Below, one piece after another: positions 37,404 to 50,314 of a stretch of 64,000 nucleotides of DNA. Position 1 is the stretch's first letter. Every line of letters starts with the position of its first letter. The DNA is from Octopus vulgaris (lineage: Eukaryota). The stretch covers positions 70,494,001 through 70,558,000 of the forward strand of contig OX597831.1 in the NCBI GenBank assembly GCA_951406725.2. The letters are read 5' to 3'. The notes below the pieces were generated by a model. That model was not told the origin of the DNA, did not search any database, and worked only from the letters and a program-made list of their open reading frames with translations. The position numbers and the translations under genes were made by a program.

Positions 37404-38270
37404 ACAATGTGTATATGTATCTATGTATCTACTTCTTTTGTGATGTGATAAACATTTAAAAATACAAAACGAACGCTGTCACCACCCTCTCTCTTTCTCT
37501 CTCTCACTTCCTCTCTGTCCTCCTCTCTCTCGCTTTGCCACTTCTTCGAAGTAAGTGTGACGCACACTACAGGTACATACAAAAACAAAAAGCATAGTAA
37601 TATAATTGATGATGATGATAGTAATAATAATAATAATTGTTATTATTATTTCATACTTTTTGCCACAAGGGCAGCTTGGGGAATGTGGAGATGAGTCAAT
37701 TACATCCACCCCAGTGTCCAACTGGTACTTATTTTATCAACCCTGAAAGGATGAAGGACTAAGTCGATCTCGGTGGAATTTGAACTCAGAGCATAGCAAC
37801 AGGTGAAATAATGCTGGACACAATGCTTAGTGGTATTTCACCCGTTGCTATGTTCTGAGCTCAAATTCCACCAAGGTATAGACTTAGTCTTTCATTCGTT
37901 CAGGATTGATAAAATAAGTACCAGTTGAACACTGGGGTGGATGTAGTTGACTCATCTCCACCTTCCCCAAGCTGCCCTTGTGGCAAAAAGCTTGAAATAA
38001 TAATAATAATTATTATTATTATTACTATCATCATCATCAATTATATTAATATGCTTTTTGTTTTTGTATGTACCTGTTGTGTGCATCACACTTACTTCGA
38101 AGAAGTGGCAAAGCGAGAGAGAGGAGGACAGAGAGGAAGTGAAAGAGAGAAACTGAGAGAGAAAGAGAGAGAGTGAAAGAGACAGCGAGTGGTGACGGCG
38201 TTCGTTTTGTATTTTTAAATGTTTATCACATCACAAAAGAAGTAGATCCATAGATACATATACACATTGT
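37404..38270. repeat. Long inverted duplication (~410-440-bp arms, 23-bp spacer) containing a SINE B portion
   Basis: 37404-37810 against 37834-38270; the ORF track shows near-identical peptides on opposite strands. Confidence 0.92.
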
Positions 38271-38548
38271 TAAATCAAATGCAAGAGAGAAAAGGGACAC
38301 AAAACAAGAGAAAGTGAGAGAGACAGTAGATACATAAATCCAAAGAAAAGTTCATACATAGATACATACACACAGCAAATATTGGATGTCAATTTCACTT
38401 TTCATTACCACACAAGGATAAAATTAACTCACAAATGGCTGAGTACTCCACAGACATGCATAACATTAACGTAGTTCTCGGGAAGATTGAGCCTCACACA
38501 GAAAATGGCAAGGTTGGCCCCTTTGAATTACAGCTACAACTCGAGACA

Positions 38549-39370
38549 TCTATATATATAAAACTCAACTTGTGTGTCTGTGTGTGTGTCTGTGTGTTAA
38601 CTTCCCGGCACATCTCCTCCTAGCCAACAAATCGTAGAACCACCAAAAATAAGTCACTTAAAGTTTAGGTGAATGAAAGTTGATCTGCGCTATTTCTGTT
38701 CCGAAATTCATCTCGCAAGTGCAAATGTCGATAATGTGTTTGTTTAGGCCTTATCCCATGCATTGAATAGTGAACTTTACTCAGTCAGCTGTTTGATGTG
38801 AACTGTGTTCCCCATGCGTGCAAGCATGCGTAAATTGCTTGAAAAAAAAAAATCAAGATATAAAAACGAATCACCGTAAACATTGTAGAAATTCGGCAAA
38901 GAAATGAATTTTCGGGATGTAGCCTGGAGGGTTTTTTCGTATTAATCGTTTGGACTTTGTGAACACATACCAATTGTTTTCATAACATTTTTAACGCTTT
39001 GAATTAAATGTGACCATATTGCGTTGAGTCTGCAGTTTGAATCACTTTAACCAAATTTTAGCAGGCCGGATTTTTGATCATCATGATACATCACCAGCGA
39101 CTCCCTGAAACTCTCCCCTGAAATCCCCGTTGAGAAATACTGATCTAAAAGAATAATTCAACAATGCAATTATTTAATCAACAAAAAATTATGAAACGCT
39201 TCTACGTACTTTCTACAGAGGAAATGGAACACATAAGTGCAAAAATAGAGGGCACTAAATGCTTGATTTTAAAACCAAAATAATTGAATTTTGATTGAAC
39301 TTCATCCAAGTTTAGCTTAATTCACACGTGCATAGAACGCACGAGCGCACGAGCCGGGCAATACTGCTAG
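38549..39370 (+). mobile_element. Non-autonomous Helitron
   Basis: A|TCTATATATATAAAA 5' end, GC-rich subterminal segment, CTAG|T 3' end, no TSD. Confidence 0.8.
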
Positions 39371-39884
39371 TATATATATATAAAATCAAAATTCAAATAG
39401 GTATTCATTATCTTTAAAGAATATAGATAAAATGTCCAGCAAACATAACCCAAATAGACAAAATATGTATTATTAAAAGTCAGAGTACAATATGTACCTC
39501 TTTGCTAGAAAGAAGAGTTAAAACTCTTGAAGCCACGCATCTCTCACTATATCATTACTTTCTTAAAGGTAATGATAACTTATTTGAATTTTAAATTTAG
39601 GGCCTTCAGCTGAACAGATGCACACAGAATGGTAAATATATATTTAAAATAGTTTATGTAGCAAACCTAACTGATGATCTTTAAGTGCCATTCAGCACAG
39701 AAATTGAAATCAATTGATACTGGGATGTCTACTCTTTACTGTGTGGTTTTACAAACGGGGGGGCTTTTTTTTAGTATATTTGCTACATTTTCCATGCATG
39801 TTCACATATAGTGAGAGATATGTGGCTTTGGAGAGCTTTAACTTTTCTTTCTAGCAAACAGGTGCATATTGTACCCTGACTTTT

Positions 39885-39928
<44 letters not shown>

Positions 39929-39931
<3 letters not shown>

Positions 39932-40071
39932 GGAGTAAACACATAAATGTGAAACAAGGTGGAAAAAAGAGTACTCAAATACCAGGGGTAGAGTAATGTG
40001 CTTTATTACGAACGGGAACGTGAAACTCCGAGTAACAGGTTTTGTTGAATTTCTGCTGCTTTTAAATTAAG

Positions 40072-40072
<1 letters not shown>
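39929..40072 (+). mobile_element. Short element in (TA)n carrying the 3' half of a hammerhead motif
   Basis: ACGA-ACG-GGAA-CGT-GAAAC-TCCGA-GTA-ACAGG at 40008-40039; flanked by (TA)n. Confidence 0.65.
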
Positions 40073-40145
<73 letters not shown>

Positions 40146-40225
40146 TATTTCGTTTTTCCCCAGACACAACAGAATATAGATAGATAGATAGATAGATGGA
40201 TATAGATATAATCATCGACATATAA

Positions 40226-40620
40226 GCACGGGAGTGGCTGTGTGGCAAAAAGCTCACTTCCCAACCACATGGTTCCAGGTTCAGTCCTACTGCATGGCAC
40301 CTTGGGCAAGTGTCTTCTATTACATCCTCAGGCCAACGAAAGTCTTGTGAATGGATTTGGCAGATAGAAATTGAAAGAAGCCCATCAAATATATATATAT
40401 ACATGCATGTATGTGTGTATCTTGTGTTCTGTATTTGGCCCCATCATCGCTTGACAACCAGTGTTGGTGTGTTTACATCCCTATAACTTAGTGGTTCATC
40501 AAAGAGACCAGTAGAATAAGCTTTAGGACTTAAAAAATGTCCTGGGGTTGAATTGCTCGACACAAACACTTAAAGGCTGTGTTCCAGCCATGCATTCAAA
40601 TGAGTGAAAGAAATAAAAGA
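40226..40620 (+). mobile_element. SINE family A
   Basis: GGAGTGGCTGTGTGG..GGTTCAGTCC.. Confidence 0.85.
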
Positions 40621-40652
40621 ATAAAATAATACAACAGGACATATATCTGATT

Positions 40653-41071
40653 GGATCTTTTCGGTTTGGAAGGCAGTTTTTTCTAGCGGTGTCATATGAA
40701 ATTGTCACCCATAATTATGACCCTAGTATCGATCTATTGCATTTCAATCTGTTTTAGGGTTAGTTAGGGTTAGGGTTAGGGGTGGGGGAAGGGTATCTTG
40801 TTTTCTTCACAAATTTAAATAAACCCAATCTGTTTCTTAAACGAGGGACATGTTCATACGGCACAGAATGTTTTTTTATCTCAATACATGTCAGTGATTG
40901 GTTGAAATTGCAGAAAAAAAAACAACAAATATCTTTCAAACTATAGAATTTTCTCAATAAAGCCAAGAGAAAAAGATGTTTTATAAACACATTCTACCAG
41001 TATACGAAGTTTAAAATTATTTATTTATTTAGAAATTATGTTAAAAACTGCCATTCAAACCAGAAAGATCC
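40653..41071. mobile_element. MITE with ~28-bp TIRs, an 8-bp TSD and internal TTAGGG repeats
   Basis: TIRs GGATCTTTTCGGTTTGGAAGGCAGTTTT and AAAACTGCCATTCAAACCAGAAAGATCC; TSD ATCTGATT on both sides. Confidence 0.85.
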
Positions 41072-41537
41072 ATCTGATTCAATTTGGTCACCCCTATTAA
41101 AACAAGAGTTATTTCACAATGTAACAGTATATGTTCCATCATTTTTTTTTTTTGTCTCGTGTATTCTGCACAGTATTCTGAGTTATAATGAAAAGGATAT
41201 AAATTCAGCATCAATAAGATCAATTGTGTTTTTCAGTTATTTACATTTGTCTCATTTTTGTTGTTTTACATCATCAGCTGTTTGGGCCTTCTTTGCAAGA
41301 CGATGCTATCATGTAAACAATTTGAAAATTGTCCATGTAAGAAACTTTGCATCAACTGTAATTGGTAAGGTTCTTGTATTTCCTAATGCCCTTTACCTCA
41401 TAACCTTTCTATGGATTCCTAGATAATAAGAATGTTATCCTCTTAAACTGAAGGTCATCCAGTTGAGTGAGTGGCCATGACTGATGTCATGGTATTTCTT
41501 CAAAATATTTAGGAATCTTTCTGTCACATGAATTTAA

Positions 41538-41752
41538 CCCTTTCATTACCGCATTTATTTTGAGATGCTCTGTGTTTCTTTCAATTATTTTAAATATAAC
41601 AAAGATTTTAGTAAAATAACTTAGTTACCATTAAGCTAGTGTTAGGAACATGAAATGTGACTAAGGTTTGGTGGAAGATTTTAATTCAAAACTTAAGAAA
41701 ACAAGACATTTGTACTACAGAGCCAGAGGCAGTTTTGGCCAGGTTGGTAATG
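41538..41752. mobile_element. piggyBac-type MITE, copy 3, right end damaged
   Basis: Same sequence family as 32754-32974. Confidence 0.85.
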
Positions 41753-41913
41753 AGTGTAGGCTGTTGTCACAACCAATCATTGTTACTGTGGCCTGTTATC
41801 ATTCACTCCATATTTTAGTTCATATTAATATCAAAAATAAACCAAACTCTCCCTGTCTCTATCTTTTTCTCTCTTACTATATTTATACATACATACATAC
41901 ATACATACATACA

Positions 41914-41949
<36 letters not shown>

Positions 41950-43089
41950 CATACATACAAACACATACTACATACACACACACACATATATATATGCACA
42001 GATTCTTTTGATTGCATAATGCAAAGAAAACTAACAAATGGACAAATAATAAAAAAAAGTCAATTTTATACATATTTAAAAAATATGTTCACATATACAC
42101 ACATATGTATACAAATAAATATATTGGTGTTATATATATATAATATATATATATATAGTTTGAAGACAACATTACAAAGGACAATGCAAGTCTCACAAAT
42201 ATGGTGTTAGTTTAATGCTTCAATAAGTAAGCAAAGCCTTAAAATTTTTGATATTAGCTCTTAATGAGAAGAAGAGAAAGAGAGAAGCATAAGGAAGTGA
42301 GAAAGAGAAACAGTCAATACATTAAAAAAGGAATGGTTGGTAAAAAAGGCACAGGAAAGAGGCAAATGATTAGAAACCAGCTGGGAATCCTGTTCTGTGA
42401 CAAGAGTAAGAGTTACAAAGAGAGGAAGCAGGTTAATTATGTTCGTTAGTGTTGAATATGTGTATTTGTATAGATGCATATCATTTGGGAAGTATAATGG
42501 TATTGGTTCGGGGTGTGAGGCTGTTTATGTGTATGTAATTGATAGGTGGGTAATGTGGAGATATATAGGCGAGGAGGTGAGAGAGCATGTGCAGGTATGT
42601 AAGAATAAAGGTATTGGAAAAGGACATGGGATGGCAAGGTGGAAGGAGTTATTGATGTTAGCACAAGTGCATGATAAAAACACACAGAGGTGAAAAAGCA
42701 TTTTTCCAGGCATGTTGCTGAAAAACAAAGAGGGGAAGTTTAAACACCCCAACAATACACATAGAAAAATTAATATGTGACTACTTACATGGAAACCAAA
42801 CAGTCGAATAATTTGACTGCAACATAACAAAATCAAACAGAATTGCTAATGTGGGAGCCTAACAGCAAAAACCCCTTTGCTGGGAAAGTCTATATACATT
42901 CAGTGAGTATAGAAGAAGCACCACAGAGGTTAAAACCTATTTCAGTTCTTTAAAATGTGATTGTGAAGGTTTGGAAATGTTGAATAAGGATTTAGTAACA
43001 TCTGAACTGACCACAGCAAGAAACAGATATGAAAATATGAATAGTTCATAATAGAAAGATAAAACTATTTTTAATGAAGCATATCTTTT

Positions 43090-43455
43090 ATTTTTTACTT
43101 GTTTCAGTCATAAGACTGTGGCCATGCTGGAGCACCACCTTGAAGAATTTTTATTTATTTGTTTCTTAAGCCTGGTGCTTATTCGATTGATCTCTTTTGC
43201 CAAGCTGCTAAGTTACTGGGACATAAACACACCAACACTGGTTGTCAATTGGTAGCAGTGGACAAACACACACACACACACACACACACAAAGCTGCAAT
43301 GGGCTTCTTTTAGTTTCCTTCTACCAAATACACTCACAGGGCTTTGGTTCAACCTGTAACTATAATAGAAAAGACTTGCCCAAGGTGCCACACAGTGGGA
43401 CTGAACCCAGAACAATGCAGTTGTGAAACAAGCTTCTTTCCACACAGCCACACTT
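43090..43455 (-). mobile_element. SINE family A, diverged
   Basis: Consensus match. Confidence 0.8.
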
Positions 43456-43742
43456 GGTCCCATATAAGTATTTATATCAAAGGTTGTTTCTAGTCCTGCA
43501 TCTTTGATTTTGTAAAGTTTTTGTTCAACTTTCTTGCAGTATCCTTGTTCTAACTTGTCTGTCCTATTCAGCTTTTATAATTACTTTACCATTTCTTACC
43601 CTTATTGATCATTGATTACCAGTAGCTTTTTACTCGTTCTGTTGATGGGATGTCTTCACTGATATTGCATTAATTTTGTTAAGGCTCTGAGAGACTGATT
43701 TGGGATCTCAAAGCAAACAATCTATTCAGTGTTTTCCATTTA

Positions 43743-43940
43743 TACTCTTTTACTTGTTTCAGTCATTTGACTGCGGCCATGCTGGAGCACCGCCTTTAGT
43801 CGAGCAAATCAACCCCGGGACTTATTCTTTGTAAGCCCAGTACTTATTCTATCGGTCTCTTTTGGCGAACCGCTAAGTAACGGGGACATAAACACACCAG
43901 CATCGGTTGTCAAGCAATGCTAGGGGGACAAACACACACC

Positions 43941-43972
<32 letters not shown>

Positions 43973-44145
43973 CATATATACGACGGGCTTCTTTTCAGTT
44001 TCCGTCTACCAAATCCACTCACAAGGCTTTGGTCGGCCCGAGGCTATAGTAGAAGACACTTGCCCAAGGTGCCACGCAGTGGGACTGAACCCAAAACCAT
44101 CTGGTTGGTAAACAAGCTACTTACCACACAGCCACTCCTGCGCCT
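43743..44145 (-). mobile_element. SINE family A, young full-length copy
   Basis: Near-consensus; ends CCACTCCTGCGCC. Confidence 0.92.
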
Positions 44146-44474
44146 ACTCTTTAGGTTTACATTTTAAATTTTCAGCTGTTGCTGTTTGTTGTTGTTTCAG
44201 CTGCTGGAATTTAAGGTTTTAGCTTTCGCGTCCCCAAGTTTTGCCTTCCAAGTTTATCTTTCAACCACTTCTGATGAATTTACTGATCATGTTGCACATC
44301 ATAATTATGGTAATTGGCAAGATACCTCTTTGATGAAACAAAATTCTATTTTTCAGATTGTGAACCTAACTCAGCCCTGAATGCGTACCTTTGTCTTTAT
44401 TGTACAACTCCAGCTGCTTGTGGTAGATAAGTGATAACACATATATCAAGTGTATATAGTCTCATATGTAGGGA

Positions 44475-44510
<36 letters not shown>

Positions 44511-44582
44511 ATCTCTCTGAAGCAAAAATCTAGGTGAAAACTTTGCTTCTAGCTAAAAGGTTAACAGTTCATATCCCATCTA

Positions 44583-44816
44583 AGGCAGCGAGCTGGCAGA
44601 AACGTTAGCACGCTGGATGAAATGCTTTGCAGTATTTCGTCTGCCATTACGTTCTGAGTTCAAATTCTGCCAAGGTTGACTTTGCCTTTCATCCTTTCAG
44701 GGTTGATAAATTAAGTACCAGTTATGCACTGGGGTCAATGTAATCGACTTAATCTGTTTGCCTGTCCTTGTTTGTCCTCTCTGTGTTTAGCCCCTTGTGG
44801 GTAGTAAAGAAATAAT
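44583..44816 (+). mobile_element. SINE family B, 15-bp TSD
   Basis: TTCATATCCCATCTA on both flanks. Confidence 0.92.
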
Positions 44817-46281
44817 TTCATATCCCATCTACAGTCTAATGTGAGAAGTCAGATTATATCAGAATTTAAAAGCTATTGTTGGTTGTATTTATTTTACAGT
44901 TTCTGTAATGGGATACAAACATGTTGCGACATCACATTCAGAAATTTAATTAACAATTTGAGTATTTTGAGTCCAGTAGTCATAATTTGGTCCTTATTTT
45001 GACCCATGAAAGGCAAAGTGACCTGAGTAGGATCTGGGCTTAAATCCTGAAGAGACAACCAAATAGCTTAACAAGCTTTGTTTTGCTATCAAATTCATCC
45101 ATCATTGTCCTTTGTATGGCATACAGACAAGCAGCCTGTCCAGGAGTAGAGAATAGGATGCTTGGATGTTAAGTAGGATGTTTTTCCTCTCATTGCTTAA
45201 ATGTCACAGCTGCTTTGTAAACTAATTCAATTGAGCAAGTGTTTCACTTCAAGGCTCCGATGAGTGTCAAAAGAATTAAATTTCTCAGCAGTTTATGGGA
45301 GGTAGCTGTTGAATTTAAATATTTGATCTTGTTTAGGGAAGGCTTACAAGGACAAAGCCATGCCTTCATCAATATAGCAATTACAAAATAGCAGAGTATG
45401 TTTCAATGATCCTTTGGCGTCATTATATTGATTCATATCAAACAAAGTTGTTTCTTATGATAGAATGATTTCCTAAATATTTGTACAATATCAGCCAATT
45501 TTATGTGTTCCTGTTTTCCCATTTTTGTACATGTGTATTATGCAAAATTAGGGTTAAAACAAAAACTAAATAAATTTCTAAAAAATCTCACCAAACTTGG
45601 AATTATTATTAATATTAGTTTTAATCACATTATCTCAAGTAAAGATCCATAAAGAATGGCTTTAAAATAATTTTAAAAATAAAATATAACAAAGAAGGAA
45701 AGCAAAACAATCTTCCTTTTGCTTCCTGTCTTTCCATCCCTTTTTTATATTGTTCTGCAAAAATTAACCATTCTCATACAAATGATTGTTAATGTATCAA
45801 ATAAATCTCTGAAATTAGAATAAGCTTTAAAAATAAAACTTTCTTTGATGTTTGCATTATTTTCAGAATATTGATTTCTGTTTGATCTGGCAGAATCTAT
45901 GTTTAAGGAAAGAGGGAAATATGAAGTATATATATATATTACTGACTTTCCCAGAGAGTATTATCAAAATTATAAAACTAAGCATTGGAATCCTATCACA
46001 GTCTCATATTGCTGCATGCATTACTTTCCATTCTATGAATCTCACTGTTCCTTCCACATTCATAATTTGTAACTGTTATATTGGTCAACCAATGAGATTT
46101 TCATCAGCATCATTATCATCAATATCATCATCATCATCATCATCATCATCTACATCATCATCATCATCATCATCGTCATCATCATCATCTCCACCACCAT
46201 CATCCATTTGCCATCTTCGTTATCATTATTATCGTTGTCAGCTTCATCATCATCTTCATCATAAACAACAATGCTTTCACC

Positions 46282-46563
46282 CAGTGGTTCCCAAACTTTT
46301 TGGGCTGCCACCCGCTTGGCACTCAGGCCACTTTTCTAGCACCCTAACCCCAACTAACCATCACATACGTAGACCTCTTTCTGAAGCAAATTCAAAGCAA
46401 CTGTATCTCACAAATATAACTTAACCTAAAGAACCGATTATTTTGTTGTTTTTTAAAAGGATTGCTACCCCGTTATTGCCCCACTTATCAACCCCATCAT
46501 TGCCCCTTTGGAACTTCCTCCTCCCTCGCAAGGGGGCAATACAGATCACTTTAGGAAACATTG
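46282..46563. mobile_element. hAT-type MITE
   Basis: Termini CAGTGGTTCCCAAA and TTTAGGAAACATTG. Confidence 0.6.
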
Positions 46564-46570
46564 TTTAACC

Positions 46571-47322
46571 TATAAGGTGGTATCAAGAAGTCCCTAAACT
46601 AGTTCTCAAACATGTCAACAGATAACAACATACAGCCGAGTGCACAGTGATACTACACTCTGATCTTAGCCGAAAGGCTAAGTGAGAGCTAGCAGTGATC
46701 TACATGAGGTAGTGGGTCGAATGATATTGCTGTGTTTACTTTGCAAGTTGTGAAATTTGTGTTTTTGTGATCATGTGTATACTGTAGTCTGTGATTTTGT
46801 TATGGACAGGAACCAATGTGAAGTTTTGCTTTAAACTTGAAAAGTCTGCTACAAAAACATTGAGTATGTTTCATCAAGCTTATGACAATGAGGAAATGAG
46901 TTATATGCAATGTTTCAAGTGGTATCGGTGCCTCAAAATGGAAGGTCATCCTAGGAAAACAACCAGATCTGTGGAGCTCAAAGAATTGGATTCTTTAATT
47001 TTTTTCTCGCCACCCTACAGCAGATAATTACATTTTTCTCTCCCCAAAACAACATGGTATCACTTCCACACCCACCCTATTTGTCAGATTTAGCACCTGC
47101 TGACTTCCATCTCTTCCCCAAGATGAAAATGCAGCTCAAAGGTCACCGTTTTAACACCATTGTCCAGAGTGAATCGCAGAAAGTCCTCAACTTACTTACA
47201 GAAAATGATTTCAAAAAGTGGCAGGAATTCTGTACAAGGTGACTATTTCAAAGGTGATGATGTTGAAACTTAGGTAAATAAGTTAATTTTTATTCAACAT
47301 TATTTTTCGATACCACTTCATA
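46571..47322 (+). mobile_element. Internally deleted mariner transposon
   Basis: NVKFCFKLEKSATKT (HTH), HPPYLSDLAPADFHLFPKMK; TIRs TATAAGGTGGTATC and GATACCACTTCATA. Confidence 0.88.
46649..46682 (-). pseudogene. U2 snRNA 5' fragment
   Basis: Minus strand CTTAGCCTTTCGGCTAAGATCAGAGTGTAGTATC resembles the U2 5' end (..GGCCTTTTGGCTAAGATCAAGTGTAGTATC), including the branch-site pairing sequence GTAGTA. Confidence 0.75.
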
Positions 47323-48564
47323 TTTGAGTTCATTACATCTTCAAAAGGATGTTAGTACAATTAATTTTGATCATTCCATCATCTGTGAAATCTGGTTTTT
47401 TTTTTTCATTTTTGTTTCAAATCTGACATCATAACATTTGTACAACATACAAATTGTTTTTTTTCAATTCATGTTTAGTGTAACTTTGACGTTGACTTGG
47501 CTGAATATACCTTTTCCTATGTCTGTCCATGACATGTCCATTTCAATAATGAACATTTTTGCTTAATTCATGACAGATTTCTTTGTAAAGAGTATCACCT
47601 ACATACATAAACGCATATACACATACTCTCCCTCTTTTCATCTCTCTCTCTCTCTCTCTCTATCCCCCCCTCTCTCTCTATCTCTTGCACACACACACAC
47701 ACACAGAAACACATAAATACACAACCTTAATACTGACTTTTTCTACTTTATTTCTGAATATGCAAAAGATGAAAAATGCTAATTAGATCTAATAGTTCAG
47801 TGCCATCAGATTTCCTAGCATTCAAAATTATACTAATTAAGCCCTCATTGATTCCATAAATAGAGACTGTGTTAACATCTTTCAGTGGGGCCATGTGAAC
47901 TTTGTTACTTTTAACAACAATATCTCTCACATTTTACTAATATAAAAAAAGAACTGCACAATACCACATACCCCCTAAACAAGATCAGCACTCAGCTACA
48001 GTCCTCAAAGGTTAGATCTTATTATAACTGAGTTTCTTTCCTGGAGAAAGTAGCAGGTCCTTAACATAGCTATAACTACATCTCAAATACTGGCTTTTCT
48101 CTTCAGGGTCAGAAAATATTTCAGCCTCCAATAGTTGTCCATATTCAATAATGTTCATGTGAGGCTTGCAATAAAGTACTGCTCCCACATTTCACATATG
48201 GTCACTGGTCCACACATACATTATCCTGGACTGAAACCGATGGAAGGGTCACTTAACTGGCTAGCATTCTATCCCTGACATGATCTAGCTTCTGATCCAG
48301 AGGCATATTGTCTGCACTCTTTGCCATTTCTGTTGCTATTATAAAGGTCTCCGTTCCTTGAAGCTAGCTGGTCTTATACCCTCATCATTTAGGCTCCCCT
48401 GAACTATCTGTTTCATCGTCAAAACCATTGGCCTCCATGTTAACCACCATGCCCAGTCCTTCCTTTAAGAAATATTTCTTTCTGGAACCTTCTCCATATG
48501 CATGTTTTTCTTACAAGCCTATAAAAGTGACACAACAACTACAAAATAATGAGTCTCATTTATA

Positions 48565-48796
48565 TATTTCTTTATTGCCCACAAGGGGCTAAACACAGAG
48601 GGGACAAACATGGACAGACAAAGGGATTAATTCGATTGCATCTTCCCCAGAGCGTAACTGGTACTTAATTTATCGACCCCAAAAGGATGAAAGGCAAAGT
48701 CGACCTCGGCAGAATTTGAACTCGGAACGTAACGACAGACGAAATACGGCTACGCATTTCGTCCGGCATGCTAACGTTTCTGCCAGCTCGCCACCT
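48565..48796 (-). mobile_element. SINE family B
   Basis: Consensus match. Confidence 0.9.
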
Positions 48797-49290
48797 ATAG
48801 TGGAATATATATTGTTTCCAAGTTCTTGCAGGAGTAGTCCCCTTGGGAGTGATGGATAAAATTCCATTCAAACTGGATAAACCTGAAGCTGAGTTTATTT
48901 TTGATACAGTTAAACTATTTAGTACTGGAATCACTAAGCTTCCATTGTGTTAAATTTGTGATTTATTTAATCCTTAAATTGATATGTGCTTACTAAATAT
49001 ATTTAATTTGCTTTTAATGGAATTTATGAGTCTACAGTTATGTTTCTTACCATATTTTTGTTTGTGGTTCTTTAATGTTTGATGCAGCCGACATTGATTG
49101 AAGCATTTATTTCTGATTGTCTAATTTCAAGTTAGTAGCTATGTCTATGATTTATGGCTGATTCCTTTTTGTAGAACTTAACTGTCTGATGATAATCTAA
49201 TTCTACTGAGTTTACATTTTTGGCTTTTAGATACTATATCAAAAACTACATTATCCTTCCTTCTTTTTGTAAAATGGTATTCTTTTTTTT

Positions 49291-49679
49291 TACTTGTTTC
49301 AGTCATTTGACTGCGGCCATGCTGGAGCACCACCTTTAGTCGAGCAAATCGACCCCGGGACTTATTCTTTGTAAGCCCAGTACTTATTCTATCGGTCTCT
49401 TTTGCCAAACCGCTAAGTGACAGGGATGTAAACACACCAGCATTGGTTGTCAAGCAATGCTAGGGGGGACAAACACAGACACACAAACACATACATATAT
49501 ATATATACATATATACGACGGACTTCTTTGAGTTTCCGTCTACCAAATCCACTCACAAGGCATTGGTCGGCCCGGGGCTATAGCAGAAGACACTTGCCCA
49601 AGATACCACACAGTGGGACTGAACCTGGAACCATGTGGTTGGTTAGCAAGCTACTTACCACACAGTCACTCCTGCGCCT
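49291..49679 (-). mobile_element. SINE family A
   Basis: Consensus match. Confidence 0.92.
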
Positions 49680-50314
49680 ATGGTGTTGTTTAAAGAGAAT
49701 TTTAGTTGCCATTTCTAGCATGTCAGTTGACTGTCAAAATTCTGCCTAATATACTACAATTACAAAAACCTAGGATATAACAGCCTCTCCTATAAAAGTC
49801 TCAAAACTTTTGGAACGCATCTCATATTCCTCTCAACCACCAGCTTTGCCTCACTGTTATCACATTCTGTTTTCCTCTATTCACCCTCCTGTTGGTCATA
49901 CTGCATTGGTTATCATCATCATCATCATCGTAATTGGTGTTGTCATCATTATCATCACCATCCTTTTATGTCCACTTTCCATGCTGGCATGACTTGGACA
50001 TGTTATCACAGTCCAAGTCAGCCCTTTTTCATTATTATTGCCCTCCTGGATGAGTTGGAGGACCATGTCTTACTCATACATTCCAATTTTGATTAAATTC
50101 CTCGATGCCCTTCCAAATACAAACCACTTATACAATGTACTGGATACATTTGCTGATGCACCAACAATAGAGAGATTGTCATGTTCTTCACAAGACTCAG
50201 GGACTTACTTGATCCTGTGATGTATCTATCCTTCAAGGCACTGGGACAAAGCAGTGTGAATAAAAAAAAAACAGAATGTGGTGACAGTGAGACAAAGTTG
50301 GTGACTGAGAGGAA

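Noticed and set aside
40754-40793. True telomere or chromosome-fusion site
   Set aside because: Only a few repeats, enclosed within a TIR/TSD-bounded element
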